Below are positions 9,981 to 18,832 of a stretch of 64,000 nucleotides of DNA, piece by piece. The stretch is from an uncultured bacterium (GTDB lineage: Bacteria > Babelota > Babeliae > Babelales > Vermiphilaceae), in NCBI GenBank assembly GCA_963695335.1, contig OY968764.1:256001-320000 (forward strand), in the 5' to 3' direction. Below the pieces are notes generated by a model. It ran no database searches. It saw only the letters and a list, made by a program, of their open reading frames with translations, and was not told where the DNA came from. Each line of letters begins with the position of its first letter. The first letter of the stretch is position 1. The position numbers and the translations under genes are program-made.

Positions 9981-10502
9981 ATGAACAATAAAATAAAAAT
10001 AATTATCGGCCTGGGCAACCCCGGCAAACAATATCACTACAATCGTCATAATATCGGCTTTCTAATCCTTGATGCACTCGCAGAAAAGCATAACGCATCA
10101 TGGCACAAAAAAGGTGATTATGAGTATGCAGATATAGAAGTTAAGGGTGAAAAAATTACACTCGTCAAGCCACAAACATTTATGAACAGTTCTGGCAAAG
10201 TGATTCCTGGTTTATTAAAACAAGGCCTTAAAGCAGAAAATTTATTAGTGGTGCACGATGAACTGGAAAAGCCACTGGGAACTATTCAATTCAGAACCGG
10301 CGGAAGCCACCGCGGACACAATGGGTTAAGATCAATTATGGAGTTTTGTGGCCCAGATTTTATGCGTTTACGATTTGGTGTTGGGCGTCCAGAAAAAAAA
10401 GAAGAAGTTGCTCAATATGTTTTAAGCAACTTCGATACACGTTCTGATGATCTTGAAAACATGATTAATCAGTCGGTAAAAATGATTGAAGAAATGTTAT
10501 AA
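9981..10502 (+). CDS. pth: Peptidyl-tRNA hydrolase
   Basis: GLGNPG, RHNIGF, KPQTFMNSSG, VVHDEL, GHNGLRSI, RLRFGVGRP. Confidence 0.97.
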   Translation: MNNKIKIIIGLGNPGKQYHYNRHNIGFLILDALAEKHNASWHKKGDYEYADIEVKGEKITLVKPQTFMNSSGKVIPGLLKQGLKAENLLVVHDELEKPLGTIQFRTGGSHRGHNGLRSIMEFCGPDFMRLRFGVGRPEKKEEVAQYVLSNFDTRSDDLENMINQSVKMIEEML

Positions 10503-10505
10503 TTC

Positions 10506-10739
10506 TTACTGATTCTTGCGAGCACTGACATGTGTTTTATGATTGTGTCTTCTTGGCTGATGTATGCGCGTGTTAGTGCGATTATAATTGTTCTGGTGTG
10601 TGGCGCGATTGTTATTGTTATAAAATTTCTTGTGTGGCACATATATTATACAAACATTGCCTGATGATCTTGCTTGCATGCACAATACTGTGCAAAAAAG
10701 CATACCTGCTAAAATAATCCAATTTTTCTTCATTATCAT
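10506..10739 (-). CDS. Small secreted basic protein
   Basis: Signal-like N-terminus; N/H/R-rich tail resembling the neighbour at 10751. Confidence 0.6.
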   Translation of the reverse strand: MIMKKNWIILAGMLFCTVLCMQARSSGNVCIIYVPHKKFYNNNNRATHQNNYNRTNTRIHQPRRHNHKTHVSARKNQ

Positions 10740-10750
10740 TCCTTTCTTTT

Positions 10751-11215
10751 TTATCCACGTCTTCTATGTTTTGGTTTTGGTTGCTGCACATATTTATTAT
10801 GCTGCGCATGCTTTTGCTGTTTTATTCGATTATTATTTTTATAATATTGTGGTTGTTGTGTATGCGTAACTTTCTTCAATTGCAACAACATCTGCTGACG
10901 CTCAAACCTATCTGCTTGCCGTTCACGAAACTCTGATATACGCAGATTTGTAGAACTTGTTTGTGCTTGTATTCTTTCTTGTCTTTCTCTTGCCTGCCTT
11001 AAACTCAATTGCTCTTGTTGCCGTACAATTTCATTTATCCCTTGCATAAGAACACCGAGAATAAGCGCACACTTCTCATATGCTCTTGTTTGCGATCTTT
11101 GGCATATTTCTTCTATCCACTTATCAATCTTTGCAGAATCAATATTATGCTCAGCCGGCAATGCAACACAAAATATACTCAATAATACTGCAAGTATACT
11201 TTTATTTACCATCAT
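10751..11215 (-). CDS. Secreted Q/R-rich orphan protein
   Basis: Signal ending CVALP|AE; basic C-terminus KPKHRRRG. Confidence 0.65.
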   Translation of the reverse strand: MMVNKSILAVLLSIFCVALPAEHNIDSAKIDKWIEEICQRSQTRAYEKCALILGVLMQGINEIVRQQEQLSLRQARERQERIQAQTSSTNLRISEFRERQADRFERQQMLLQLKKVTHTQQPQYYKNNNRIKQQKHAQHNKYVQQPKPKHRRRG

Positions 11216-11606
11216 ATAACCGCTCTATGTTGAGTTTATAAACCCAGCTCGCTTCTCTGTTTATTTTTATTGCTTTTTTATGCTCAACTGAGCGTCTTTC
11301 ATGACCCTGTTTTGCAGCCTTCTTTTTAATTTTTTCCATTTCCTGTTTTGATATATAATCTTCTGGTTGTTTCCGGCACTGCTCAAGTTCTTTCGTTTCC
11401 CTTGTAAGAAGTTCTAAAATAGTTCTACTATGATACTCTGTTGGTAATTCTTGTCGTATTTGTCTATCAAACACAAATAAACGCCCAACAGGATAGCCAA
11501 TTGGTCTGGGTATAACAACAGCATTACGCTCAGCAGGCAACGCAACGCCAAAACTTATTAATGCAAGTGCAATTATGCTGCACTTTATTATATTTTGTTT
11601 AATCAT
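11202..11606 (-). CDS. Secreted orphan protein
   Basis: Signal ending GVALP|AE, shared with the downstream gene; directly follows alaS. Confidence 0.65.
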   Translation of the reverse strand: MIKQNIIKCSIIALALISFGVALPAERNAVVIPRPIGYPVGRLFVFDRQIRQELPTEYHSRTILELLTRETKELEQCRKQPEDYISKQEMEKIKKKAAKQGHERRSVEHKKAIKINREASWVYKLNIERLYDGK

Positions 11607-11609
11607 AAT

Positions 11610-14198
11610 TTATCTCTGTAACCACTGTTTAATAGCATCACCAAGATGATGATTATATGTGCCGCCACCACCTTGAATACTGTTTTTTACCACTCCACCA
11701 CGCAAACCATGTGAGCTCAACCATGTTGCAAACTGTTTCATATCAACAACGCTCGTAAACGCTGGTGATACTGCGGTGTAAAACATTGTTTGATTATCAG
11801 ATGAACTTGTTACAAAATAAAAACCTGGTAATTTTTGCTCAAACTGGTTCACAATCAAACGCATATCTTCAACAGTAAGTCCGGGAATATTAATACATAA
11901 AAACGGCATATCATTCACACGCTCAACTGATTGTAACCACTCAGGAACACGAGATACAATTAATTGCTGTTTTAGTTGCTTAACTTCCTGTTGTGCAAAC
12001 TTTAATTGCTCTTTTTGTTTGGCAATAACATCAAGCACTTCTTCACGCGTAACTTTATATTCTTGCGACAATGTTTTAACGGTAGAAAAAACATTCTGGA
12101 ACAAATCAATTGCTCCAGGACCAGTTACTGCAACAATTCGACGATGTCCTGCAGAAAGTGCAGAACTTTCTGTTATTTTAAAGGTACCAATATCACCCGT
12201 TGCATGCACATGCGTACCACCACACAACTCAACAGAAAAATCATCAACTTGCACAACACGTACTTTTTCTGGTTTATATTTTTCACCAAAGAATGCAAGC
12301 GCTCCTTTTTGTTGCGCTTCTTTTAAACTGCAATAATCTATATTTACGGGAATATTTTCACGAATTTTTTCATTCACTAAATCTTCTACACGTTTAATAT
12401 CATCTGCAGAAAGTTGACTGTTATAGGTAAAATCAAAACGTAAATAATCAGGGTGCACTAATGACCCTGATTGCTGAATCTGTTTTCCAAAAATCTGCAT
12501 CAATGCCGCTTGCAACAAATGCGTAGCTGTATGATTTTTCATTGCATTGGTACGCCATGTTGTATCAACGCGTGATGTGATTGCATCACCGATATTAATT
12601 TTTGTTGGAGCAACAATCTGTGCTGCAATTGCATTGCCAATAAAACGTACATTGGTAATTGCTGTTTCTGTACCGTTAATAGTGATCCAACCCTGATCAG
12701 GCACTTGTCCACCACCAACAATAAAAAATGGTGATTTTTCTGCGATTACATAGCATTGCTGCCCTGCATCAATAGATTGCACACTTTGTTCACCGGCAAC
12801 CAACGCTGCAACTTTTGATATTGTTTCTAGTTCATTATAACCAGTGAACTCTGAGGTAATGCCAACTTCAAGTTGTGCTAACGCATCAACTGTTTTTTTA
12901 CCTGATTGGTTTTGTTGTTTTTCCATTTCTACATCAAAGCCAGCCATGTCAACGGTGTATCCTTTTTCACGTGCAACAGCGCCAATCAATTCTATAGGAA
13001 AACCATACGTATCATACAGTTTAAACGCTTGATCGCCGGTAATTAATTTAGTTTTTTGAGATTCTTCAAAATATTTAGCGAGTATCACTTTGCCACGAAT
13101 TAAATTTGCAGAAAATTTATCAATTTCACTTTTGAGCGTTGTATAAATAAGATCTTTGTTTGCAATAAGCTCAGGATATATTCCACCAAACTCTTCCACC
13201 ACGGTATAAGAAAGTTCAGGGAAAATATTTTTATCAGTCAGTTTTTGTACAAACAGTGCTGCACGGCGAATAATTTTACGCAACACATAACCACGCCCAT
13301 CATTGGTTGGTGCACATCCATCTGCAATAATCATCGTTGATGATCGGATATGATCTGCGATTACACGAAACGCTGCTTTATGTTCAATATCCTGTTTTTC
13401 ATACGATAGTCCTGTTAACTCTTCAATACGGCTCAATATCGGTGCAAACAGATCGGTTTCATAGACAGAATCTTTATTTTCTACTACAGCACACAGTCTT
13501 TCAAGACCCATTCCTGTATCAACACCGGTTTGTTTAAGTGGTTTTAAATCACCATTAAGTTGGCGATCAAATTGCATAAAAACAAGATTCCATATTTCAA
13601 GAAAGCGATCGCAGTCACAACCCGGTCCACATTCAGCTATATCAGCGTGCCCATATGCTGCACCACGATCAACATAAATTTCAGTACATGGACCACATGG
13701 ACCAACATCACCCATTTGCCAGAAATTATCTTTCGCTCCTAAGCGATAAATTCGGTTTGCAGGAATTTTAATATCATTTGCCCAAATTGCATACGCTTGG
13801 TCGTCTGTTTCAAAAACTGAGACATACAACTTTTCAGCATCAAGATTAACTTCTTTGGTCAAAAAGTCCCACGCGTACTGAATTGCATCTTTTTTAAAAT
13901 AATCGCCAAAAGAAAAGTTACCCATCATTTCAAAAAAAGTAAGATGCCGTTTGGTAAACCCTACATTATCAAGGTCATTATGCTTACCGCCAGCACGCAC
14001 ACATTTTTGAATAGACACAGCACGATTATAACTCCGCTTTTCTAAGCCTAGAAAAAGATCTTTAAACTGATTCATTCCCGCATTGGCAAAAAGGAGCGTT
14101 GGATCTTGCGCTGGAATTAAAGAGGAACTTGCGACTGCTTCATGCCCATTTCTGACAAAAAATTGTATAAATTTATTTCTAATATCACGGGATTTCAT
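11610..14198 (-). CDS. alaS: Alanine--tRNA ligase
   Basis: DPTLLFANAGM, RHLTFFEMMGNFSFGDYFK, GPCGPCTEI, HTATHL, ELCGGTH; start moved to MKSRDIR. Confidence 0.98.
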   Translation of the reverse strand: MKSRDIRNKFIQFFVRNGHEAVASSSLIPAQDPTLLFANAGMNQFKDLFLGLEKRSYNRAVSIQKCVRAGGKHNDLDNVGFTKRHLTFFEMMGNFSFGDYFKKDAIQYAWDFLTKEVNLDAEKLYVSVFETDDQAYAIWANDIKIPANRIYRLGAKDNFWQMGDVGPCGPCTEIYVDRGAAYGHADIAECGPGCDCDRFLEIWNLVFMQFDRQLNGDLKPLKQTGVDTGMGLERLCAVVENKDSVYETDLFAPILSRIEELTGLSYEKQDIEHKAAFRVIADHIRSSTMIIADGCAPTNDGRGYVLRKIIRRAALFVQKLTDKNIFPELSYTVVEEFGGIYPELIANKDLIYTTLKSEIDKFSANLIRGKVILAKYFEESQKTKLITGDQAFKLYDTYGFPIELIGAVAREKGYTVDMAGFDVEMEKQQNQSGKKTVDALAQLEVGITSEFTGYNELETISKVAALVAGEQSVQSIDAGQQCYVIAEKSPFFIVGGGQVPDQGWITINGTETAITNVRFIGNAIAAQIVAPTKINIGDAITSRVDTTWRTNAMKNHTATHLLQAALMQIFGKQIQQSGSLVHPDYLRFDFTYNSQLSADDIKRVEDLVNEKIRENIPVNIDYCSLKEAQQKGALAFFGEKYKPEKVRVVQVDDFSVELCGGTHVHATGDIGTFKITESSALSAGHRRIVAVTGPGAIDLFQNVFSTVKTLSQEYKVTREEVLDVIAKQKEQLKFAQQEVKQLKQQLIVSRVPEWLQSVERVNDMPFLCINIPGLTVEDMRLIVNQFEQKLPGFYFVTSSSDNQTMFYTAVSPAFTSVVDMKQFATWLSSHGLRGGVVKNSIQGGGGTYNHHLGDAIKQWLQR

Positions 14199-14319
14199 GT
14201 TTTTATCCTTTATATCATGACTTATATCTTTATTATTATGCAGCAGATTACGTTTCTTTTCTATTTTTTTAAACTGCGATAACCTGATGAAATATTTCAA
14301 ATTACCAAGCCCCCCCAAA

Positions 14320-14450
14320 CCGTTCGCCCCTGAGTGTTCTACGAAATGCAATGTAGTAGAATATATCGAAGGGTGCAAAAAGGTACAAAGTTATTGTTAT
14401 TCCGCATCCTTCGATACGTTTTTGAAGACAAAAACACTCAGGACGAGCGG
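14320..14450. repeat. Inverted pair of family A REP-like elements with expanded internal hairpins
   Basis: 14320-14376 ccgttcgcccctgag...tcgaagggtgc and 14404-14450 gcatccttcga...ctcaggacgagcgg. Confidence 0.75.
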
Positions 14451-14477
14451 GGGGAAATCAAAAAAAAAGGAGCCCCT

Positions 14478-15395
14478 ATGTTTCTTCCCATCGTACTTTT
14501 ATTATTATCTTCATATACTCACGCAATACCAAGCTGGCAATATATGCCATTCGATCAAGCAATGCAAAAAGATATCTTCCCCAACGCCATCCCCGCAACA
14601 GAACGCATCACCGGCATTGATGGAATTGGACTGTATAACTTTTTTAAAGATATATATGAAGCATACAACCCAGCAGTTATTGAACAAAGCACTGAGCTTA
14701 AAATCCCTAAAATTATTCACCAGATTTGGCTGGGCAGCCCCGTACCAGAAGCATTTGTAGATCTGCAGCAATCATGGATTGAACATCACCTCGGGCGTGA
14801 TTGGTTATATAAATTATGGACTGATGAAGATGTTGCACAGATGCAACTGTATAACCAAGAGTTTTATGATGCATCAGATAACTATGGGGTAAAATCAGAC
14901 ATTTTACGCTGGGAAGTTTTATATACATTCGGCGGAGTTTACGTTGATATGGATTATGAATGTTTGCGCGCACTCGATGATTTCCATTACACCTATGATT
15001 TTTATACTGCCCTACAACCACTCGACACTTTGTTTGTTCAACTCGGAGCTGCACTCTTTGGCTCACGCCCAGGTCATCCAATTTTACAACATTGCATAGA
15101 GACGATTAAAAATGATTGGCATCTACAAGGAGCACCTAAAAAAACAGGGCCCGTGCATTTTACTAAATCATTTTGTGAGCGTGCATGCATGAACGGCAAC
15201 ATAGATATTGCATTCCCTGCGCTATACTTTTATCCGCTCGGTTGCCGAGACACTGAAGCAAAAAGAATTGAATGGATACAACAAGGTTCTTATGCTGTGC
15301 ATTGGTGGGCAAAGAGTTGGATGCCAAAAAATTATCGTCCGGCTGTGTTTAGAGATATAGATAATGACGCTTCTGCTGCCCGCTGGAATGATTAA
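14478..15395 (+). CDS. GT32-type glycosyltransferase (DXD sugar-binding region) with signal peptide
   Basis: KIPKIIHQIW, SDILR..VLY.FGGVYVDMD, TGP, AVHWWAKSW; start MFLPIVLLLLSSYTHA behind AGGAG. Confidence 0.88.
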   Translation: MFLPIVLLLLSSYTHAIPSWQYMPFDQAMQKDIFPNAIPATERITGIDGIGLYNFFKDIYEAYNPAVIEQSTELKIPKIIHQIWLGSPVPEAFVDLQQSWIEHHLGRDWLYKLWTDEDVAQMQLYNQEFYDASDNYGVKSDILRWEVLYTFGGVYVDMDYECLRALDDFHYTYDFYTALQPLDTLFVQLGAALFGSRPGHPILQHCIETIKNDWHLQGAPKKTGPVHFTKSFCERACMNGNIDIAFPALYFYPLGCRDTEAKRIEWIQQGSYAVHWWAKSWMPKNYRPAVFRDIDNDASAARWND

Positions 15396-15400
15396 AAAGT

Positions 15401-15432
15401 AAAAAAAGCCTCCTTTTGCAGGAGGTTTTTTT
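15401..15432. terminator. Intrinsic terminator
   Basis: cctcct-tttgc-aggagg with flanking A and T runs. Confidence 0.7.
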
Positions 15433-15443
15433 ATTATTCTTTT

Positions 15444-15490
15444 CCGCTCACCCTGAGTATCTTTGTCTTCAAAAATGTATCGAAGGGTGC
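15444..15490 (+). repeat. Family A REP-like element
   Basis: 41/47 identical to the reverse complement of 14404-14450. Confidence 0.8.
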
Positions 15491-15507
15491 AACAATGCCA
15501 TACATTT

Positions 15508-16155
15508 TTACCGATTAAAATAATACATCAAAAAAGCAATCAATCCAGCAGAGCAAACTATTATTGTTTCTGTATATGGCATATAAGACTTTTCACCAGT
15601 AATCTGTTGCATTTGTTCTTTCGTTAAAACTACTTCAACAAAATTAATAGGGTCTTTCTTCATAACACTTTGTACTACTTCATTCGTATCTGCAATATCT
15701 ACATTGGATACAAAACGAATCATACATTTTGGAGTAAGCATTTTTGAATTATCTATCATTCGATGAACTAAACCTGCATGCGCTACTTTAGTACTTAACT
15801 CTTTTCTTAATTGATTTTTTAATTCTACTAAAGATTCATCTGCAAGATCTATTTTATACTCATTTTTTGAATGTAAACCGTTAGATTGGTGTTGATATTC
15901 TTTGCTATTCCCGTGTATTGTTATGTTATCTGGATTAACAATTAATTGTAATTCACTTATCTCGTCTGTTTTTATAAAATCATCTAACTCTGAAACTGGC
16001 ATAGCACTAAGCCTTGGAACTATCTTAGAAATTCTATAATCACTAACATCGGCATTATTCCTCCGAACTTGAGCAATTATATTTTGTTCAGGTTCAGATG
16101 CTACTACAGAAGAAAAAGCACATATCATAAGAAAAGAAAGTAATTTATTATTCAT
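15508..16155 (-). CDS. Secreted protein with C-terminal membrane anchor (paralog A)
   Basis: MNNKLLSF..VVA|SEPE; C-terminal VLTKEQ..AGLIAFLMYYF. Confidence 0.75.
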   Translation of the reverse strand: MNNKLLSFLMICAFSSVVASEPEQNIIAQVRRNNADVSDYRISKIVPRLSAMPVSELDDFIKTDEISELQLIVNPDNITIHGNSKEYQHQSNGLHSKNEYKIDLADESLVELKNQLRKELSTKVAHAGLVHRMIDNSKMLTPKCMIRFVSNVDIADTNEVVQSVMKKDPINFVEVVLTKEQMQQITGEKSYMPYTETIIVCSAGLIAFLMYYFNR

Positions 16156-16283
16156 AAAAAAACCTTATATTGTTAATGTAAGAAATTAAATAATATTTCT
16201 AGTGTATCGCATTATGCTGTAAAATCAAACAAAAAAGCCTCCTTGGAATAAACCAAGAAGGCTCATATAAATTTTAAAATTAT

Positions 16284-16934
16284 TTACCCGCGTCCCAATA
16301 ACGCCATGCCTTTAGAATAAAGATCCAAATACCACATCAAAAAAGTAATAAATCCCGCTACGCCTAAACTTACTAACATTGAACGCATAGCAGATGGTTT
16401 TTTCATAGATATAATTTCTTCAACTTGATCTTGTGTAAGTACTAAAGAAATTACATCAGACTGATCTTGTTTCTTTAGAAAATGCATATAAAAATACGTA
16501 TACTTATCTTTTTTATATAATTCATAACCATCTTTAATTCTTTGCCGAAAAAGAAGACTATTACGATTATCCATCGAAATAAGAATGTTAGCTTCATCTG
16601 TTTTTGTTCCGTGATATGTTGAAAAACCTTTTATATCAATAGGATAACCAACCTCGCCCCCCTTGCTACTAGCAAAACCAAATTCTCTTCTATCTCTAAC
16701 CGAACCATTTACATCACCAAATGATAATGGTTTATATGTTCCTATAATCATGTATCCAGCGAAGTCTTTTTTCCGTGATGAAGTACGCTGCACCTGAATA
16801 AATGCCTCTATGCTGTTTTCCGATTCTGTTAAAGATGGAGTCTTTTCCGGTATCATTACAGATGAATCATGTTCCGATGCTATTAAAGATGAAGTGAAAA
16901 ACAAGACGATACAATAAACAAATTTATTATTCAT
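16284..16934 (-). CDS. Secreted protein with C-terminal membrane anchor (paralog B)
   Basis: MNNKFVY..LIA|SEHD; C-terminal VLTQDQ..AGFITFLMWYL; start moved by paralogy. Confidence 0.75.
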   Translation of the reverse strand: MNNKFVYCIVLFFTSSLIASEHDSSVMIPEKTPSLTESENSIEAFIQVQRTSSRKKDFAGYMIIGTYKPLSFGDVNGSVRDRREFGFASSKGGEVGYPIDIKGFSTYHGTKTDEANILISMDNRNSLLFRQRIKDGYELYKKDKYTYFYMHFLKKQDQSDVISLVLTQDQVEEIISMKKPSAMRSMLVSLGVAGFITFLMWYLDLYSKGMALLGRG

Positions 16935-17027
16935 AAAAAACTCATATATATGTAAAATTGAAAACATTAATTATTATGTTCAGTGTATCGCGTTATGCTT
17001 TAAAATCAAACAAAAAGCCCCCTTTTT

Positions 17028-17062
17028 ACCCCAATCTCCACTTCGTTACAATCGGGGACCCC
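17028..17062. repeat. Family C palindrome
   Basis: accccaat...atcggggacccc resembles the reverse complement of 37616-37650. Confidence 0.55.
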
Positions 17063-17090
17063 ATCAAAAGAAACTGGAGATAAGATCAAA

Positions 17091-17158
17091 CAAGTTCAGC
17101 ACAAACGGAAGAAAATATTTCTATCCCGTTCGTGCTGAGCCTGTCGAAGCATACGAAC
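17091..17158. repeat. Inverted pair of family A REP-like elements
   Basis: caagttcagcacaaacgg ... ccgttcgtgctgagcctgtcgaagcatacgaac. Confidence 0.8.
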
Positions 17159-17186
17159 TCTTTTTATAAACTATAAAAAAATTATT

Positions 17187-18668
17187 TTAATCTTTTTTAG
17201 ACAAAAACCTATTCGATGGCACGCCTCTATGAACATGTATCGGCACCAACGTACGCACATATTCATTACGGTTTTTGCACAAATATGATTGCCCAATAGC
17301 ATCACATGCAAAACCAAGATATTTCAGCACTTCTGGATTTACAACATTACGTGCATCAACAATAATTGGGTAATGCATCACTTTTTTTAAACGTGCAAAA
17401 TCAATCTGTCTAATTTCATCCCAATCAGTCATAATAATAACCGCATCTACATCCATTGCTGCTTTGTAAGGAGAAGATGCGTACTCAATATCAGGAAATA
17501 TCATACGCATATTGTCTGTTGCAACGGGATCATACGCCACAACGTTTGCACCGAGCTCTTGTAACAGTTCAATTGTTCTAATAGAAGGAGAATAACGAAC
17601 ATCGTCCGTGCCTGCTTTAAATGCTAATCCAAGTACAGCAACTGTTTTGCCTTCTAGATCTTCTTGTAATTCTCTTGCCATAAGATTTTCTAATTTTTCA
17701 ACAGCTTTACCTTGTTGCTTTTCATTAACATCAAGAGCTGCTTTAACCGTATAAAATGGTAAATGGTGTTTTCCTGCAATATGCACTATTGCTTGAGAAT
17801 CTTTTGGAAAACAAGAGCCACCAAAACCAGGCCCTGGATTTAAGAATGCGGGACTTATACGGTGATCAAGCCCCATAGCATATGCAACTGTTTTAACATC
17901 AGCATCTGTTGCATCACATAAATTAGCAATTTCATTAATATAACTAATTTTTACTGATAAAAAGGCATTGGATGCATATTTAGTCATTTCCGCAGTTTGC
18001 ACATTAGTTAAAACATACGGAACACCACTTGCAATGAGTGATTCATACACTTCACACAAGGCAATAAGTGCTATATCAGAATCAGTTCCAATCACTAAGC
18101 GATCTGGATACAAAAAATCTCTTACTGCAAGGCCTTCACGCAAAAATTCAGGATTAGACACAACGCTAAACATCTGTGGATCTATACCATATGTATTTTC
18201 TAATTGAGCTCGTATACCTTTGCCAGTTCCAACCGGAACGGTGCTTTTGGTAACAATAATTTTGTAAGAATTCATATTTTCTGCAATCATTCTTACAACA
18301 CCATCTACATATGATAAATTTGCGCTCCCATCTGCTCCCATAGGAGTTCCAACAGCAATAAAAATAATGTCACCAAGTGCTATAGCTTCAGCAACATTAT
18401 CAGTAAACATCAATCGCCCTGCATCAACATTGCGTTCAACCACTTCACTTAAGCCCGCCTCATAAATTGGCATAATTCCATTGTTTAACATCTCTATTTT
18501 CCGCGAATCAATATCAGCACAGATCACTGAATTGCCAATTTCTGCAAGACAAGCACCAGAAACAAGACCTACATATCCTGTACCAATAATGGTAACAATT
18601 CTATCACTCTGAGCTTGCAAAAACATTGATACACACAAAATTTGCGCCATAACAATTTTACGCAACAT
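17187..18668 (-). CDS. ugd: UDP-glucose 6-dehydrogenase with signal-like N-terminal extension
   Basis: IGTGYVG, IAVGTP, KSTVPVGT, SNPEFLREG, KYASNAFL, GFGGSCFPKD, GLAFK..TDDVR; start MLRKIV behind AAGGAG. Confidence 0.95.
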   Translation of the reverse strand: MLRKIVMAQILCVSMFLQAQSDRIVTIIGTGYVGLVSGACLAEIGNSVICADIDSRKIEMLNNGIMPIYEAGLSEVVERNVDAGRLMFTDNVAEAIALGDIIFIAVGTPMGADGSANLSYVDGVVRMIAENMNSYKIIVTKSTVPVGTGKGIRAQLENTYGIDPQMFSVVSNPEFLREGLAVRDFLYPDRLVIGTDSDIALIALCEVYESLIASGVPYVLTNVQTAEMTKYASNAFLSVKISYINEIANLCDATDADVKTVAYAMGLDHRISPAFLNPGPGFGGSCFPKDSQAIVHIAGKHHLPFYTVKAALDVNEKQQGKAVEKLENLMARELQEDLEGKTVAVLGLAFKAGTDDVRYSPSIRTIELLQELGANVVAYDPVATDNMRMIFPDIEYASSPYKAAMDVDAVIIMTDWDEIRQIDFARLKKVMHYPIIVDARNVVNPEVLKYLGFACDAIGQSYLCKNRNEYVRTLVPIHVHRGVPSNRFLSKKD

Positions 18669-18832
18669 AACAATCTCCTTTTTTAAATAAACTTTCATAC
18701 AAAACATAGAATATTTTTTCCATCGTTGTATAGATTTGTTTCATAAGATCAGCAACTATTGGGTTTTTTGATAAAATTTGCTACGGTGTTGTGTAATCGT
18801 CAGCAATGTCGTTTTTAAAAAAGGAAATGATA

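Noticed and set aside
14199..14320. T-box riboswitch upstream of alaS
   Set aside because: No T-box consensus (AAGGTGGTACCGCG-like) or terminator/antiterminator seen
14199..14477. N-terminal extensions of alaS (from 14378) and GT32 (from 14334), and ORF 14287-14760
   Set aside because: They run through REP-like elements; starts at 14198 and 14478 have RBSs and fit the families
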